NCBI GenBank assembly: GCA_964435305.1
Contig: CAYSZH010000003.1
Span: forward strand, 3,585-67,584
DNA length: 64,000 bases
Source: an uncultured Granulosicoccaceae bacterium
GTDB taxonomy: Bacteria > Pseudomonadota > Gammaproteobacteria > Granulosicoccales > Granulosicoccaceae
Direction: 5' to 3'
In this document: positions 20,653 to 31,259 of the stretch, piece by piece
How the letters are laid out: each line of letters starts with the position of its first letter
Numbering within the stretch: position 1 is the stretch's first letter
Program-made: the position numbers and the translations under genes
The notes under the pieces: generated by a model
Databases searched by the model: none
Seen by the model: the letters and a program-made list of their open reading frames with translations, nothing else
What the model was told of the DNA's origin: nothing

Positions 20653-20829
20653 ATGAGTAATATACTGCCCTTTAAAAAAAAGAAAAACCAAGGTGGAAAT
20701 GTGATGTGCAAAAACAATCATCACAAATGGCAAGTGGTTAAGGAGCGACAGTTTGATGTTAAAAAGGGCAAGTTAGTCACCGTTGAACGCTGCAGCCGTT
20801 GTAAAAAGGAGCGGCACCGGCTGACATAA
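20653..20829 (+). CDS. Small basic putative zinc-binding protein (58 aa)
   Basis: Below the ORF-track cutoff; MSNILPFKKKKNQGGNVMCKNNHHKWQVVKERQFDVKKGKLVTVERCSRCKKERHRLT; fills the gap between SDR and GNAT. Confidence 0.75.
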   Translation: MSNILPFKKKKNQGGNVMCKNNHHKWQVVKERQFDVKKGKLVTVERCSRCKKERHRLT

Positions 20830-20847
20830 GTATCACTACTAACGGGC

Positions 20848-21441
20848 ATGCTTAGTTTCTACATGATCTTAAAACAAAAAAAACAGTTCCCCACACTGAC
20901 AACATCGCGGCTACTTTTACGCGAAGCCACTTTGGCAGATACTGATGCCTACCATAGGCTCCTCAGCGAGCGATCTGTTTCAAACTACTCCGATATACCA
21001 GCTAACCCTACCAAAAAACGCAGTGAACGATTTGTCAGCTGGATGTCAAAATTGCACAAACGCCGTGTTGGTTGTGCTTGGATTATTGAAAACCAGCAAG
21101 ACCACACTTTACTGGGCGCCATTCGGATCAATTCGATTGAGAAAAAGATTAAAGCCGGGCTCATTGGGTATGAGTTACACCCCCAGCATTGGAGTAACGG
21201 GTATGCAAGTGAGGCCTTAGACGCCCTTGTTGAATACGCACACGATTCTCTAGAGCTGAATCGCCTAGAGGCCTGGACCGTACCGGGTAATACGCCCTCA
21301 GAGAGAGTACTGTTAAAAAATGGCTTTGTTCAGGAAGGCCTGCAAAGGCAAAAAGTGAAGTTCAATAACCGCTTACACGACATTAAACTTTTTGCAAGGT
21401 TGGCAGCGGACGATCGCATCAGGGAACCAAATAAGGATTAA
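20848..21441 (+). CDS. RimJ/RimL-family GNAT N-acetyltransferase
   Basis: FPTLTTSRLLLR, IGYELHPQHWSNGYASEA, N.PSERVLLKNGF..EG. Confidence 0.9.
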   Translation: MLSFYMILKQKKQFPTLTTSRLLLREATLADTDAYHRLLSERSVSNYSDIPANPTKKRSERFVSWMSKLHKRRVGCAWIIENQQDHTLLGAIRINSIEKKIKAGLIGYELHPQHWSNGYASEALDALVEYAHDSLELNRLEAWTVPGNTPSERVLLKNGFVQEGLQRQKVKFNNRLHDIKLFARLAADDRIREPNKD

Positions 21442-21518
21442 TGTTCGATTTCAATCGCATTTTTTTGCGTAGTTAGGCAGATCAAGGCACTTTCTCACAT
21501 ACTGTTGTCTATAATTAA

Positions 21519-22181
21519 ATGGATATGACAGTGAAAGATTTCCCAGTACTGGAACGAAACGAAACTGAAGGCTTGCACCGTAACTCTGATGCACCCTTGC
21601 CTGCACGGCATTCCAGCAAGGAAAACCAGAATACGCTCAAAGCTGGGAACAATCGCTCTGCCGCGGTTTTGATACCGCTGATTAAAACCAATGAGCAATG
21701 GCACATCTTGTATATTCGGCGGGCCAGCAATCAACACGACCGTCACAGTGGCCAGGTTGCCTTTCCCGGAGGGTCCGCCGAACAAAGCGATACCTCAGCT
21801 GCTAATACAGCACTACGCGAAACGGAAGAAGAAATCGGGATAAGTGCCGATCGCATTAAAATTATTGGTGAGCTCGATGACTACTTCACTGTCAGTAATT
21901 TTCGCGTCAGACCAGTTGTAGGCATTGTGCAATGGCCATCCAACTTAAAATTACAAACAAGTGAGGTCGCACGAGCTTTCCTGATTCCGATGGCCTGGTT
22001 GCGTGACGAGCAAAACTTCACCTTTCGCGCCCGTTCGGAAATGGACAAACAAAGCGCGAAAAAACATCCCATTATTGTGTACAACGACTACGACGATGAA
22101 ACCCTGTGGGGAGCGACTGCCAGAATGACCGTTAATTTCATCAAGGCTGTCGATGATCAGCAGATATTGCTACCCAGTTGA
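21519..22181 (+). CDS. CoA pyrophosphatase (NudL-like Nudix hydrolase)
   Basis: AAVLIPL, HSGQVAFPGG, ALRETEEEIG, LWGATA. Confidence 0.9.
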   Translation: MDMTVKDFPVLERNETEGLHRNSDAPLPARHSSKENQNTLKAGNNRSAAVLIPLIKTNEQWHILYIRRASNQHDRHSGQVAFPGGSAEQSDTSAANTALRETEEEIGISADRIKIIGELDDYFTVSNFRVRPVVGIVQWPSNLKLQTSEVARAFLIPMAWLRDEQNFTFRARSEMDKQSAKKHPIIVYNDYDDETLWGATARMTVNFIKAVDDQQILLPS

Positions 22182-22304
22182 TATCCGTCGTACACCTTCA
22201 TTAATTAAGCCCACCACACACTTCTTACGCTAATTCGGTCCCAGACCCAAATTCAATTGCGGGTATCGATCGATACACATCGAATAGATGTGGACGACTA
22301 AAAA

Positions 22305-23474
22305 CTATGCCTTTTCAACAGCGGCTTTTATGCGAGCAAGGCCCTTGTCCAATGTGTCGCGCGGGCACGCAAAATTCAGACGCACATAGTGAGCTTGTCC
22401 AAACTGTTCACCACTGGACAATCCAACACCATGCTGTTCGAAATAGGCAGCTACATTTTCGATACCTTTGGTTTCACTGAAGTGACTCGCATCAATCCAG
22501 GCGAGGTAGGTGGCTTCTAGTTTCTCAAGCGCCAAGCCATCAACCGAGGCAAGCACTTCCGCAATGCGCTCAAAGTTACCTTGTAGATAGTCGAGCAACG
22601 CTGTACGCCATGCCCCCCCATCACGATAAGCTGCTTCGGTTGCAACCAAAGCCAGCGGAGGCACCATGGGCACAATCGACTGGCTTGCCGATTTAAACGC
22701 CGCTCGCTTCGCATCATTACTGATAATGGCAAAAGAGGCATTTAAACCGGCTATATTCCAGGTTTTACTGGCACTCATTAGAGTCACGATATTATCTGCC
22801 ATGTCTGGGCAAGCCACTGCTGTTGGCACATGCTTCACTGATTTATCAATCACCAGATCACAATGAATTTCATCAGAGATCATCATCATGTTGTTGGCTT
22901 CGCACAGGGCGGCAACGGCCTTTAGCTCTTCTTGAGTAAATACCGTACCGGTTGGGTTATGTGGCGTGCACATCATGAGCATGCGAGTGGCTTCCGTACA
23001 TTGCACACTCATGGCATTGATATCGTAAGTCCATCGATCGCCTACTTTATGCAAAGGTACTTTTAAAAGGCGCTGTCGCTTGTTTTCGTGCGAATCATAA
23101 AAATGATGGTATATCGGCGGATTAACCATGATCTCGTCATCATCGGCACAGAACGCTCTGCAACTGATGGCTAAACCCGAGACCACACCAGGCAAAAACA
23201 CTAACCACTCTGGCTTTATCGTCCAGCCGAATTCGTTAAGTAAAAACACCATAACGGTTTCGCGAAGGGAATCTGGTGCTACGGTATAGCCGAACATGGG
23301 ATGCTCAAGTCGCGCTTGCAGGGCTTCTTGAATTGGCGGAGCAACCGGAAAGTCCATATCTGCAACCCACATGGGGAGAACATCCTCACCAGGATACTTT
23401 TCCCATTTCATGCTGCCGGTATTCTTACGGGAATAAACAGTAGAAAACAAGGCGTGATCAACGATTTCGTTCAT
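22305..23474 (-). CDS. MalY/PatB-family PLP-dependent C-S lyase
   Basis: SMKW, LPMWVADMDF, CTPHNPTG, SDEIHCD, SKTWNIAG, RLNFACP. Confidence 0.93.
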   Translation of the reverse strand: MNEIVDHALFSTVYSRKNTGSMKWEKYPGEDVLPMWVADMDFPVAPPIQEALQARLEHPMFGYTVAPDSLRETVMVFLLNEFGWTIKPEWLVFLPGVVSGLAISCRAFCADDDEIMVNPPIYHHFYDSHENKRQRLLKVPLHKVGDRWTYDINAMSVQCTEATRMLMMCTPHNPTGTVFTQEELKAVAALCEANNMMMISDEIHCDLVIDKSVKHVPTAVACPDMADNIVTLMSASKTWNIAGLNASFAIISNDAKRAAFKSASQSIVPMVPPLALVATEAAYRDGGAWRTALLDYLQGNFERIAEVLASVDGLALEKLEATYLAWIDASHFSETKGIENVAAYFEQHGVGLSSGEQFGQAHYVRLNFACPRDTLDKGLARIKAAVEKA

Positions 23475-23583
23475 TTTTGTATCATTTTTGTTGCAATCTT
23501 AAGAATATCAAGCTGTTATCATAATCTTTCGGCGCGAACGATTCGCGACTTTTTTAACAATTCCAATATTAGAGGATATTGCT

Positions 23584-23787
23584 ATGTCTGTAGTTAAAGT
23601 AACCGAAATTATTTCTTCGTCCGAGAAAAATTTTGATGACGCTATCACCCAGGGTGTAAAGCGTGCCAACAAAACACTTAAAAATATTAAAAGCGTTTGG
23701 GTGAAGGAACAAAAAGCCATGGTGGACGATGGCAAGATCTCAGAATACCGCGTCGCGATGAAAGTATCGTTTGTTTTAAAAGACTAA
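23584..23787 (+). CDS. Dodecin family protein
   Basis: KVTEIISSS..FDDAI..A.KTLKNI..EYRV.MKVSF; GAGG RBS upstream. Confidence 0.9.
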   Translation: MSVVKVTEIISSSEKNFDDAITQGVKRANKTLKNIKSVWVKEQKAMVDDGKISEYRVAMKVSFVLKD

Positions 23788-23888
23788 TCTCGTTTTCAAA
23801 TTCCCGACTGTTTAATATCTCGGGATTAGAACAACTTCGCTGATGTTATCGGCAAGGCTACATGGGTGGTCAAGGCAGACCACCCACG

Positions 23889-25280
23889 TTACAAAGATGC
23901 AAGTAGACTGGACATGGTCTGCCGATACCGCCGCTCTATAGATTCTCTATTGATATGCATACCGGCCTTTACCGTATGCAACCCACTCACCCAAACATCG
24001 GATACCAGCGAATCATCGGCTGCAAACAGCCAGGCATCGATAAGCTGACTCTGCTCTAAGCCAACAAACGCGGTTGCGTTCTTGTCCAATGCCAGGAGGT
24101 CTGCCCGTTTACCCACTGCGATTTGACCGGTATTTCGTTGCAAGCTCTGTGCACCACCACGAAGCGCAACTGAGTAAAGCGCCAGCCCATTCGATTTATC
24201 GGCCTTTGTCAGCACCGCTCGTGCTTTATTATGCAAGCGTTGCGAATATTCCAATGTACGTAATTCTTCGCTTAACGAAATTCTGACATTGGAGTCTGTA
24301 CCCACACCCCACAAGCCACCGTATTGCTGAAAACGTTGGCCATCAAAAATTCCATCGCCCAAATTTGATTCGGTGACAGGACATAAACCAACCGTGGCAC
24401 AACTACGCGCTATCGATTGAGTTTCCTGGGCTGTCATTTGAGTGGCATGAATAAGGCACCAATCTGTTCCAATAGCTTGATTTGCCAATAACCATTCAAC
24501 CGGCCGTGCACCGTATAAAACTTTAACTTCTTCTACTTCTGCCTCCTGCTCAGCTATATGAATATGAAGTGGGCGGCCTTCTGCTAAGGAAACCATTGCT
24601 GTAAGCGATTCAGGCGTGAGCGCACGCAAGGAATGCGGTGCAATACCAAGATTAATATTGTGACCAGCAGCTGACACGCAACTTTGCAATAGCAACAACA
24701 GCTTGGTGAACGCATCCACATCATTACCAAAACGCCTCTGACCACCCTGAAGCGCGCGTCCGTCACAACCACCTTGCTCATACATGACGGGTAATAAGGT
24801 CAAGCCGATATTGCTTAGTGCAGACGCTGCAATAATTCGCTCACTCAATTCGGCAATGTTGGAGTACGGCTTACCATCAGGCTGATGATGCAGGTAATGA
24901 AATTCCCCCACATTGGCATAACCCGATTCCAGCATTTCTATCTGTGCAAAGGCTGTAATGGCTTCTATATCGTCGGGCGACAGGCGATCTAAAAATCGAT
25001 ACATCAGGCTGCGCCAGCTCCAAAAGGAATCTTTTGCATCCGGACCACACGCTTCGGTCATACCGGCCATCGCTCTCTGAAATGCATGACTATGCAAATT
25101 CGACATGGCGGGCAACACGATATCCGCATGCTCGGATGCCGTAGCGGACGAAGAGAATTGATTTGTTTTCACCTCACAGATCCGCCCATCCCTATCAATG
25201 GTAATAAGGACATCCGACTGCCAACCCTCAGGCGTTAGGGCCTGCTTACAAAAAATCGTTTTACGATTTATATCATTCAT
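23889..25280 (-). CDS. hutF: Formimidoylglutamate deiminase
   Basis: NLHSHAFQRAMAG, DSFWSWR..MY, EFHYLHH, APHSLRA, HIHIAEQ, CPVTESNLGDG, GTDSN; ATGA overlap with the upstream EamA gene. Confidence 0.93.
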   Translation of the reverse strand: MNDINRKTIFCKQALTPEGWQSDVLITIDRDGRICEVKTNQFSSSATASEHADIVLPAMSNLHSHAFQRAMAGMTEACGPDAKDSFWSWRSLMYRFLDRLSPDDIEAITAFAQIEMLESGYANVGEFHYLHHQPDGKPYSNIAELSERIIAASALSNIGLTLLPVMYEQGGCDGRALQGGQRRFGNDVDAFTKLLLLLQSCVSAAGHNINLGIAPHSLRALTPESLTAMVSLAEGRPLHIHIAEQEAEVEEVKVLYGARPVEWLLANQAIGTDWCLIHATQMTAQETQSIARSCATVGLCPVTESNLGDGIFDGQRFQQYGGLWGVGTDSNVRISLSEELRTLEYSQRLHNKARAVLTKADKSNGLALYSVALRGGAQSLQRNTGQIAVGKRADLLALDKNATAFVGLEQSQLIDAWLFAADDSLVSDVWVSGLHTVKAGMHINRESIERRYRQTMSSLLASL

Positions 25281-26182
25281 GCAATGCGCAGAAATAGCCT
25301 TATTGTTTTTCGTCCAACAACAATAACGTTGCCCAATAGCACCAACACAACACCTATTACAGACATGGCTGTCCATTCAAAGTTTTCGTATCGCGTACTC
25401 AGCGCCAAGGCGACAATCGGAAATAACACAGTGGCATAGGCAGCTTTGTCGGCACCAATTCTTCCTACAAGGGTTAAATAGGTGCCAAAAGCGATTACCG
25501 ATCCAAACACAGCCAAATAGAGAAGTGAAAGGGAGTAGGCCATGGACCATTGAAAAGAAAACGCAGCGCCAGATGCGATGCTATAGAAAAACAGCAATAA
25601 GCAACCGTATAACATACCCCAGGCATTCGATTGCAAAACCGGTATTCCACTGCGCTGGTTGCGCGCTGATAATATATTGCCTAATGAGGCGCAATAGGTT
25701 GCAAGCAGCCCCAACGCAAGGCCTTTAATGACATTGCCTGATGCCAGATTTTCGCGAGCAGCAATAAGCTCATGACCGAATACAAGAGAAATACCAAGCA
25801 AACCAAATAAAGCACCCAAAACCACAAGGGGGCGCACAGCTTGTTTTAAAAACAAGGCACTATTAAAAATATTCATGGCAATCATGGTGGAGAAAACTAC
25901 AGCGACAAGACCCGATGCAATGTAACCGGTACACCAATAAAACAGCAGATAATTAAGACTGAATAAAAACAGGCCCTGCAGAGCCATAAATAAATGATCT
26001 TTTAACTTAAATCGCATGGCGCTACGCCGAATTATGCACACACACATCAAGATGAGTGCGGCCAGGGCATATCGATAAAACAGCGATACAGCCTCCGAAA
26101 TATCACCTAATTGAAATGTAATGGCAAACCAGGTTGTGCCCCAAATAAGCACGGTTGCCGTATACAGCAGTAGTTGTTGCAT
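25277..26182 (-). CDS. EamA/DMT family transporter
   Basis: LIWGTTW.AI.FQLG, about 10 TM helices, YLAVFGSVIAF. Confidence 0.9.
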   Translation of the reverse strand: MQQLLLYTATVLIWGTTWFAITFQLGDISEAVSLFYRYALAALILMCVCIIRRSAMRFKLKDHLFMALQGLFLFSLNYLLFYWCTGYIASGLVAVVFSTMIAMNIFNSALFLKQAVRPLVVLGALFGLLGISLVFGHELIAARENLASGNVIKGLALGLLATYCASLGNILSARNQRSGIPVLQSNAWGMLYGCLLLFFYSIASGAAFSFQWSMAYSLSLLYLAVFGSVIAFGTYLTLVGRIGADKAAYATVLFPIVALALSTRYENFEWTAMSVIGVVLVLLGNVIVVGRKTIRLFLRIA

Positions 26183-26247
26183 TAACTTATGATTTAAAAG
26201 TGCCGCCTTTGGCAGCACGTTACACGAAAAACTGATACAACAAGCTT

Positions 26248-26976
26248 GTGAGCCTAATTAAATTCATCAATGCGCAGCAACTATCGCCGCCCGCAAACAA
26301 CGATCAGTCGCTGTTTCGGGCTACGCACGCCAGACTCGACTTTTTAAAGCGCTATGTAGCCAACAAAAAGCCATCGAAGCAGTCATCAAATGGGCGCGAG
26401 AATCCGTTCGGCGTGCTGTATGCCTTTATGCTTATCCTGGTACTTCAAGCCTGCGAAAACTCGTCAGTACAGCTCTGTGGCGAATTCGCCTGTGTCGCAT
26501 TCGATGGCACTCGATGCGAAGGCAATGACTGCGCACAGCCTCGCGCCTGCGAATCTGCCAGCAGCATTCGAGACCGCGCACCGGCCATTTTAAATGAGCT
26601 GCGAGTGGCTCAACGACGCTGCAATAATGTGGCTCAAAGTACGACATTGCTGGTTTGGGATAACAATTTAAGTGAAGCCAGCACCCGCCACAGTCGGGAT
26701 ATGGCAAATTTCAACTTTGACTCTTTCACAGGCTCTGATGGTAGCTCCTCCCGCGACAGAGCAAACGATGCCGGCGTTTTCGCCTCACAAATAGTAGAAA
26801 GTGTAGGGCGCGGCCCACAAACCAGTGCAGAGATGATCAACACCTGGCTAGAGATACCCACCGATTGCGGGCAGCTTCTTAACCCTCAATTTACTCGAGT
26901 CGCGATGGCCTGCAGTGCCTCTTCACAAAACGGCGTTGGCCCGTTCTGGTCCCTATTGTTGGCAAGTCCCGAATAA
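26248..26976 (+). CDS. CAP/SCP domain protein, probable Cys-rich lipoprotein
   Basis: Lipobox-like VLQAC; LN.LR...RRC, L.W...L..A...HSRDMA, GSDGS, WL; start uncertain. Confidence 0.7.
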   Translation: MSLIKFINAQQLSPPANNDQSLFRATHARLDFLKRYVANKKPSKQSSNGRENPFGVLYAFMLILVLQACENSSVQLCGEFACVAFDGTRCEGNDCAQPRACESASSIRDRAPAILNELRVAQRRCNNVAQSTTLLVWDNNLSEASTRHSRDMANFNFDSFTGSDGSSSRDRANDAGVFASQIVESVGRGPQTSAEMINTWLEIPTDCGQLLNPQFTRVAMACSASSQNGVGPFWSLLLASPE

Positions 26977-27059
26977 CGATTGTTCCGCCAATACGCCCTT
27001 TAGTGCGCCAAACCCTATAAAATAGCGGATTAACTTGCTATTCATTCTAAAGTGCTGCC

Positions 27060-28655
27060 GTGATCTCTACTGCCAACCTGACCATTCAGTTCGGTGCAAA
27101 ACCGCTGTTCGACAACGTCTCTATCAAATTTGGTGAAGGCAATCGCTACGGACTAATCGGTGCCAACGGCAGCGGTAAATCCACATTCATGAAAATATTG
27201 GGCGGTGAGTTAGAGCCCACTCATGGCAACGTTATGCTCGAACCTGATCGTCGCTTTGCAATGTTAAAGCAGGATCAGTTTGCCTATGAAGAATTCAGCG
27301 TGCTCAACACAGTCATTATGGGTTACGACGATCTGTGGAAAATCCAGCAAGAGCGTGAGCGAATTTACTCATTACCAGAAATGAGCGAAGAGGAAGGCAT
27401 GGCCGTAGCGGAACTTGAAGTGCAGTTTGCTGAATTGGATGGTTACTCGGCAGAGGCGCGTGCCGGAGAGCTGCTACTGGGTGCCGGTATACCACTTGAG
27501 CTACACAACGGCCCAATGAGCGAAGTGGCGCCGGGTGAAAAACTGCGCGTGCTGTTAGCCCAGGCCTTGTTTTCAGATCCAGATTTACTGTTGCTCGATG
27601 AACCTACCAACAACCTGGATATCAACACCATACGCTGGCTTGAAGATGTATTGAATGAGCGAAACAGCACCATGATTATTATTTCGCACGATCGGCATTT
27701 TCTTAATTCGGTTTGCACCCATATGGCCGATTTGGATTATGGAGCTATTCAACTCTACCCCGGTAATTACGACGATTTTATGATGGCTTCAACCCAGGCT
27801 CGTGAGCGTCTGTATGCTGATAACGCAAAAAAGAAAGCACAAATTGCCGACCTTCAAGCCTTTGTACAACGATTTAAAGCCAATAAGTCTAAGGCACGCC
27901 AAGCCACCTCAAGACAAAAGCAGATTGAAAAACTGCAGATAGAAAAAATCAAACCATCCAGCCGGCAAAACCCTTACATTCGCTTCGAAGTGGAGAAAAA
28001 ACTGTTTCGAAACGCTATCGAAATTGAAAAGATGCAAGCTGGCTACGAAACCGAGGTGGTATTGGACAAGCTTGGGCTGATGATTGAAGCCGGTGAAAAA
28101 GTGGGCATTATTGGGCCCAACGGTATTGGCAAATCAACACTATTGAAAACACTGGTTGGCGATGTGGAACCCAAGAGCGGAACAATAAAAATCACAGAAA
28201 ACGCCAAGATCGGTTACTTTGCGCAAGATCATGCCGAAGATTTTTCCAAAAGCACGTCCATTATCGACTGGATGAGCCAATGGGGAACCGAAGAACACGA
28301 TGAACAGGAAATTCGCGGCATCCTTGGACGTCTTTTATTTAACAAAGATGATATTAAAAAGCCGGTTAATGTGGTCTCAGGGGGCGAGCAAGGCCGATTG
28401 TTGTTTGGCAAACTGATGATGCAATCGCCCAATATCATGATATTGGATGAGCCCACCAATCACCTGGACATGGAATCTATCGAATCATTGAACCTGGCGA
28501 TGCATCTTTATGATGGCACGGTGATTTTCGTCAGCCACGATAGAGAGTTTGTAAGCTCCCTCGCTAATCGTATAATCGAACTAGGTGAAGGCCACAATGT
28601 GACCGATTATCGTGGCAACTACGAAGATTACCTTTTAAGTCAGGGCATCGAATAG
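27060..28655 (+). CDS. ybiT: ABC-F family ATPase (YbiT-like)
   Basis: Two NBDs ([18 protein letters not shown]) and no TM; [29 protein letters not shown]. Confidence 0.92.
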   Translation: MISTANLTIQFGAKPLFDNVSIKFGEGNRYGLIGANGSGKSTFMKILGGELEPTHGNVMLEPDRRFAMLKQDQFAYEEFSVLNTVIMGYDDLWKIQQERERIYSLPEMSEEEGMAVAELEVQFAELDGYSAEARAGELLLGAGIPLELHNGPMSEVAPGEKLRVLLAQALFSDPDLLLLDEPTNNLDINTIRWLEDVLNERNSTMIIISHDRHFLNSVCTHMADLDYGAIQLYPGNYDDFMMASTQARERLYADNAKKKAQIADLQAFVQRFKANKSKARQATSRQKQIEKLQIEKIKPSSRQNPYIRFEVEKKLFRNAIEIEKMQAGYETEVVLDKLGLMIEAGEKVGIIGPNGIGKSTLLKTLVGDVEPKSGTIKITENAKIGYFAQDHAEDFSKSTSIIDWMSQWGTEEHDEQEIRGILGRLLFNKDDIKKPVNVVSGGEQGRLLFGKLMMQSPNIMILDEPTNHLDMESIESLNLAMHLYDGTVIFVSHDREFVSSLANRIIELGEGHNVTDYRGNYEDYLLSQGIE

Positions 28656-28671
28656 CTCGATGCCTTCAGCT

Positions 28672-29124
28672 TTACCAACACTTACCGGGTGTTGCACTGA
28701 AGCTGCCAGACACAGCCTTGATTTCAGAAGAACTGAAAGTGTAAGTCCCGCATTCGGTGTCATTTGCTTGTACACCACCAGCAACCGGTGTGGCAGTGAG
28801 TAAAAAATCCGTTGCTGAATTGTTGCTTACACTTATCGTATAAAGCCCTTCATCGGAGGGTGCTGTATCAGCTGTACCAAAGCCAAGTTCAGACATTTTT
28901 GTTGCGTAGCGGTTGTACTCAGAGAAAAAGCGCACTTGCTCGCCGGCTGCTTTTGTCAATATCACAACCGCATCTGCACGCCGCGTACGCTCGGCATACT
29001 TACCATAAGACGGAACGGCAACAGCGGCAACGATACCGACAATCGCAACAACGATCAAAAGCTCAATAAGAGAGAACCCGCGTTGCCTTGTCTTGATTGT
29101 CATCATTTTCATCTCTCTTTTCAC
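28672..29124 (-). CDS. pilE: Type IV minor pilin PilE
   Basis: RGFSLIELLIVV prepilin motif, PSY...RTRRADA, C-terminal C..CW. Confidence 0.88.
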   Translation of the reverse strand: MKREMKMMTIKTRQRGFSLIELLIVVAIVGIVAAVAVPSYGKYAERTRRADAVVILTKAAGEQVRFFSEYNRYATKMSELGFGTADTAPSDEGLYTISVSNNSATDFLLTATPVAGGVQANDTECGTYTFSSSEIKAVSGSFSATPGKCW

Positions 29125-29831
29125 TAGTTAATCATTGCTCTACTGGCTTCACCGTTACGCAGTATCACCGTACTACTGAAAACGTTTCGGGCCGTTTTAT
29201 CATTGGTGGTGAACTCACGATCGAGCACAACATGTGTTTCCTCGCCCGCGCGTGTGCGAATTGGCGTGCCCGATGTCACTAAAATACCAATTCGGATCGC
29301 AACCAGTTCGTTGTTGTTTATGGAGGTGTCGTGGGGAACAAATTTCTCTGGCACTTTATCACCGTCTGTATCAAGGCCCCATAGAAATCTCATCTGCTCG
29401 ACGTTTTCTATTATTGGCATTGCGGGAGCGCCAGCATTGCCAGTGCAAGTGATAACCTCATTAGCGGCGTCAAGCGCATAGGTGTTCACAGCAATTCCAC
29501 CAAAGGCTGCTGTGTCAGCCCCGGTACAGTCAATATTTCGCTCTATGCGCACAACCACACTGGCATCGTTACTGGCGGCGATATCGAATGGATCAAGATC
29601 ACCATCGTTTGAATATCCAGCCAGTTGTAACCCTTGTTTTAGTGTGGCGATTCCGTAACGCCCATTCTCCTGCATGCTTTGCAGGCCTTCACTAAACGAC
29701 GACGATTTTGTGGTGCCAACATAGGTATTAAAAACAGCACTGACTACAATCAGACCCAGCACTAGCGCTATCATCAATTCAATCAATGACAGACCGTGCT
29801 GTTTGTGCATATGCATGCTTTGTCTTTTCAC
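29124..29831 (-). CDS. pilW: Type IV minor pilin PilW
   Basis: HGLSLIELMIAL, MQENGRY, LQLAGY, NVEQMRFLWGLD, STVILRN. Confidence 0.88.
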   Translation of the reverse strand: MKRQSMHMHKQHGLSLIELMIALVLGLIVVSAVFNTYVGTTKSSSFSEGLQSMQENGRYGIATLKQGLQLAGYSNDGDLDPFDIAASNDASVVVRIERNIDCTGADTAAFGGIAVNTYALDAANEVITCTGNAGAPAMPIIENVEQMRFLWGLDTDGDKVPEKFVPHDTSINNNELVAIRIGILVTSGTPIRTRAGEETHVVLDREFTTNDKTARNVFSSTVILRNGEASRAMIN

Positions 29832-30427
29832 GGCTTTAACCTCACCTGCACCATACGCGTCACGAACTCATCGTTATTGGTTCTTGATCTGCCTTCTGCC
29901 CAGGACACGGTAATCTGATAATCAGAATCGGCTTCACAAGGTGTGGACAAGCATGTGACACTTAAATTACCGCTAGGCAAGGTCCCTAGAACACCATCCT
30001 TAGCACCATCACTGCCAAGGTCGCCACAAGACATCGTAAATAAATCAAAAGCCGCTAATTGTTCAGGGTTGCAATCCGCCGCATTGGCGTTAACGGGTGA
30101 TGCCTGACAATAAGGAGCAGGCGGTGTATCACACGAAAGCGATGCCGAATCAAAGCCAGCATAAGCAAGCGATTCAACAGCTTCGGTATTTAATCGAATC
30201 CGGCCAGACATGCCTTGCACGTATAGCAAAGCTTTGGTTCGATTAAAACCGCCTGAGCTGTGCTTCATGCCTGTTAATTGAAGGCTTGCCATTCCCAGAA
30301 CGCCAAATGAAACGACAACCAATGCAATCAGCACTTCAAGAATACCAATGCCTCGCTGATTACTTTTTGACTGAAGGGAAATACCCTGCTGCCATTTGCG
30401 ATGCTGTTTTAGTCTTTTATTGTTCAT
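29828..30427 (-). CDS. pilV: Type IV minor pilin PilV
   Basis: RGIGILEVLIAL..GVLGMASLQ, RIRLN, LAAFDL, ITVSW. Confidence 0.88.
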   Translation of the reverse strand: MNNKRLKQHRKWQQGISLQSKSNQRGIGILEVLIALVVVSFGVLGMASLQLTGMKHSSGGFNRTKALLYVQGMSGRIRLNTEAVESLAYAGFDSASLSCDTPPAPYCQASPVNANAADCNPEQLAAFDLFTMSCGDLGSDGAKDGVLGTLPSGNLSVTCLSTPCEADSDYQITVSWAEGRSRTNNDEFVTRMVQVRLKP

Positions 30428-30972
30428 GGAATTTTCGTACTCACACGACCATTAGCAGACACGGTTAATTCACGCACCTGCACACCGTCTCCATATTTAA
30501 TTTCTATAACACCTGATAGTGGAATCCCTGCTGTGTTAGTGCTGCCACCTGAATCATTAAAATAGATTTGACTTGCGAATATCGCAGCTGGCGTGACCGT
30601 AATCGCTCCGGACAAAGGCTCCATTCGGCTGAAAATCTCTTCTACTGCGCCGGTGTCACGCACGCCATTTCCATTCACATCCACATAGGCTATCCAACCG
30701 GATGTATAGCTGGCATCAGCATCACATACGGCGTCTTCAATGTGGGAGTTACTACTCACACACACCGCAGTCGGCTGCAGACGTTCAATTGCTTCAGACC
30801 GAGCCTGCTGTAGCGAAAACACCAGTGCATTGTTAGCTGCTGCAATACGATTGCTAGAGATAATACTGTCGAACGAAGGCAAGGCGATCACAAGAAGCGT
30901 TGCCACAATCGCAATGGTTACCATTAACTCAAGAAACGTAACCCCTGCCTGTTTTACCCTTTGTGAGCACAT
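30424..30972 (-). CDS. fimT: FimT/GspH family pseudopilin
   Basis: AGVTFLELMVTIA, LQQARSEAI, GWIAYVD.NGNG, GRV. Confidence 0.85.
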   Translation of the reverse strand: MCSQRVKQAGVTFLELMVTIAIVATLLVIALPSFDSIISSNRIAAANNALVFSLQQARSEAIERLQPTAVCVSSNSHIEDAVCDADASYTSGWIAYVDVNGNGVRDTGAVEEIFSRMEPLSGAITVTPAAIFASQIYFNDSGGSTNTAGIPLSGVIEIKYGDGVQVRELTVSANGRVSTKIP

Positions 30973-31243
30973 GCTTATTCAACTTTGTTTGCCATACGCC
31001 GCATACGGTGCGAACGAACACCGGACGTCACAAAGTAAAATATCGACCGATAGGTATTTCGATTGAGTAAGTTATGGGTAGATGAGGAGCACGTTGCAAA
31101 AAACGCTGGCAGGCAGGATTACACAAGGCTATCTAAAAATGCGCAATACAATAGCGGCCCTTAAAACGTGAACTAATGCTCATTAATTTGTATCACAAAG
31201 GAAAAACGAGCCGTACTGCTGAGATTCAACGACGGGACACTAA

Positions 31244-31259
31244 TGAGATGCGCATCTCA
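31244..31259. promoter_or_regulatory. Perfect 16-bp palindrome resembling a CRP/Vfr-family site upstream of fimT
   Basis: TGAGA-TGCGCA-TCTCA matches TGTGA-N6-TCACA geometry. Confidence 0.4.

Noticed and set aside
22263-22276. Perfect palindrome GTATCGATCGATAC between convergent genes
   Set aside because: Single copy, no loop or U-tract, not in a promoter position; no function supportable
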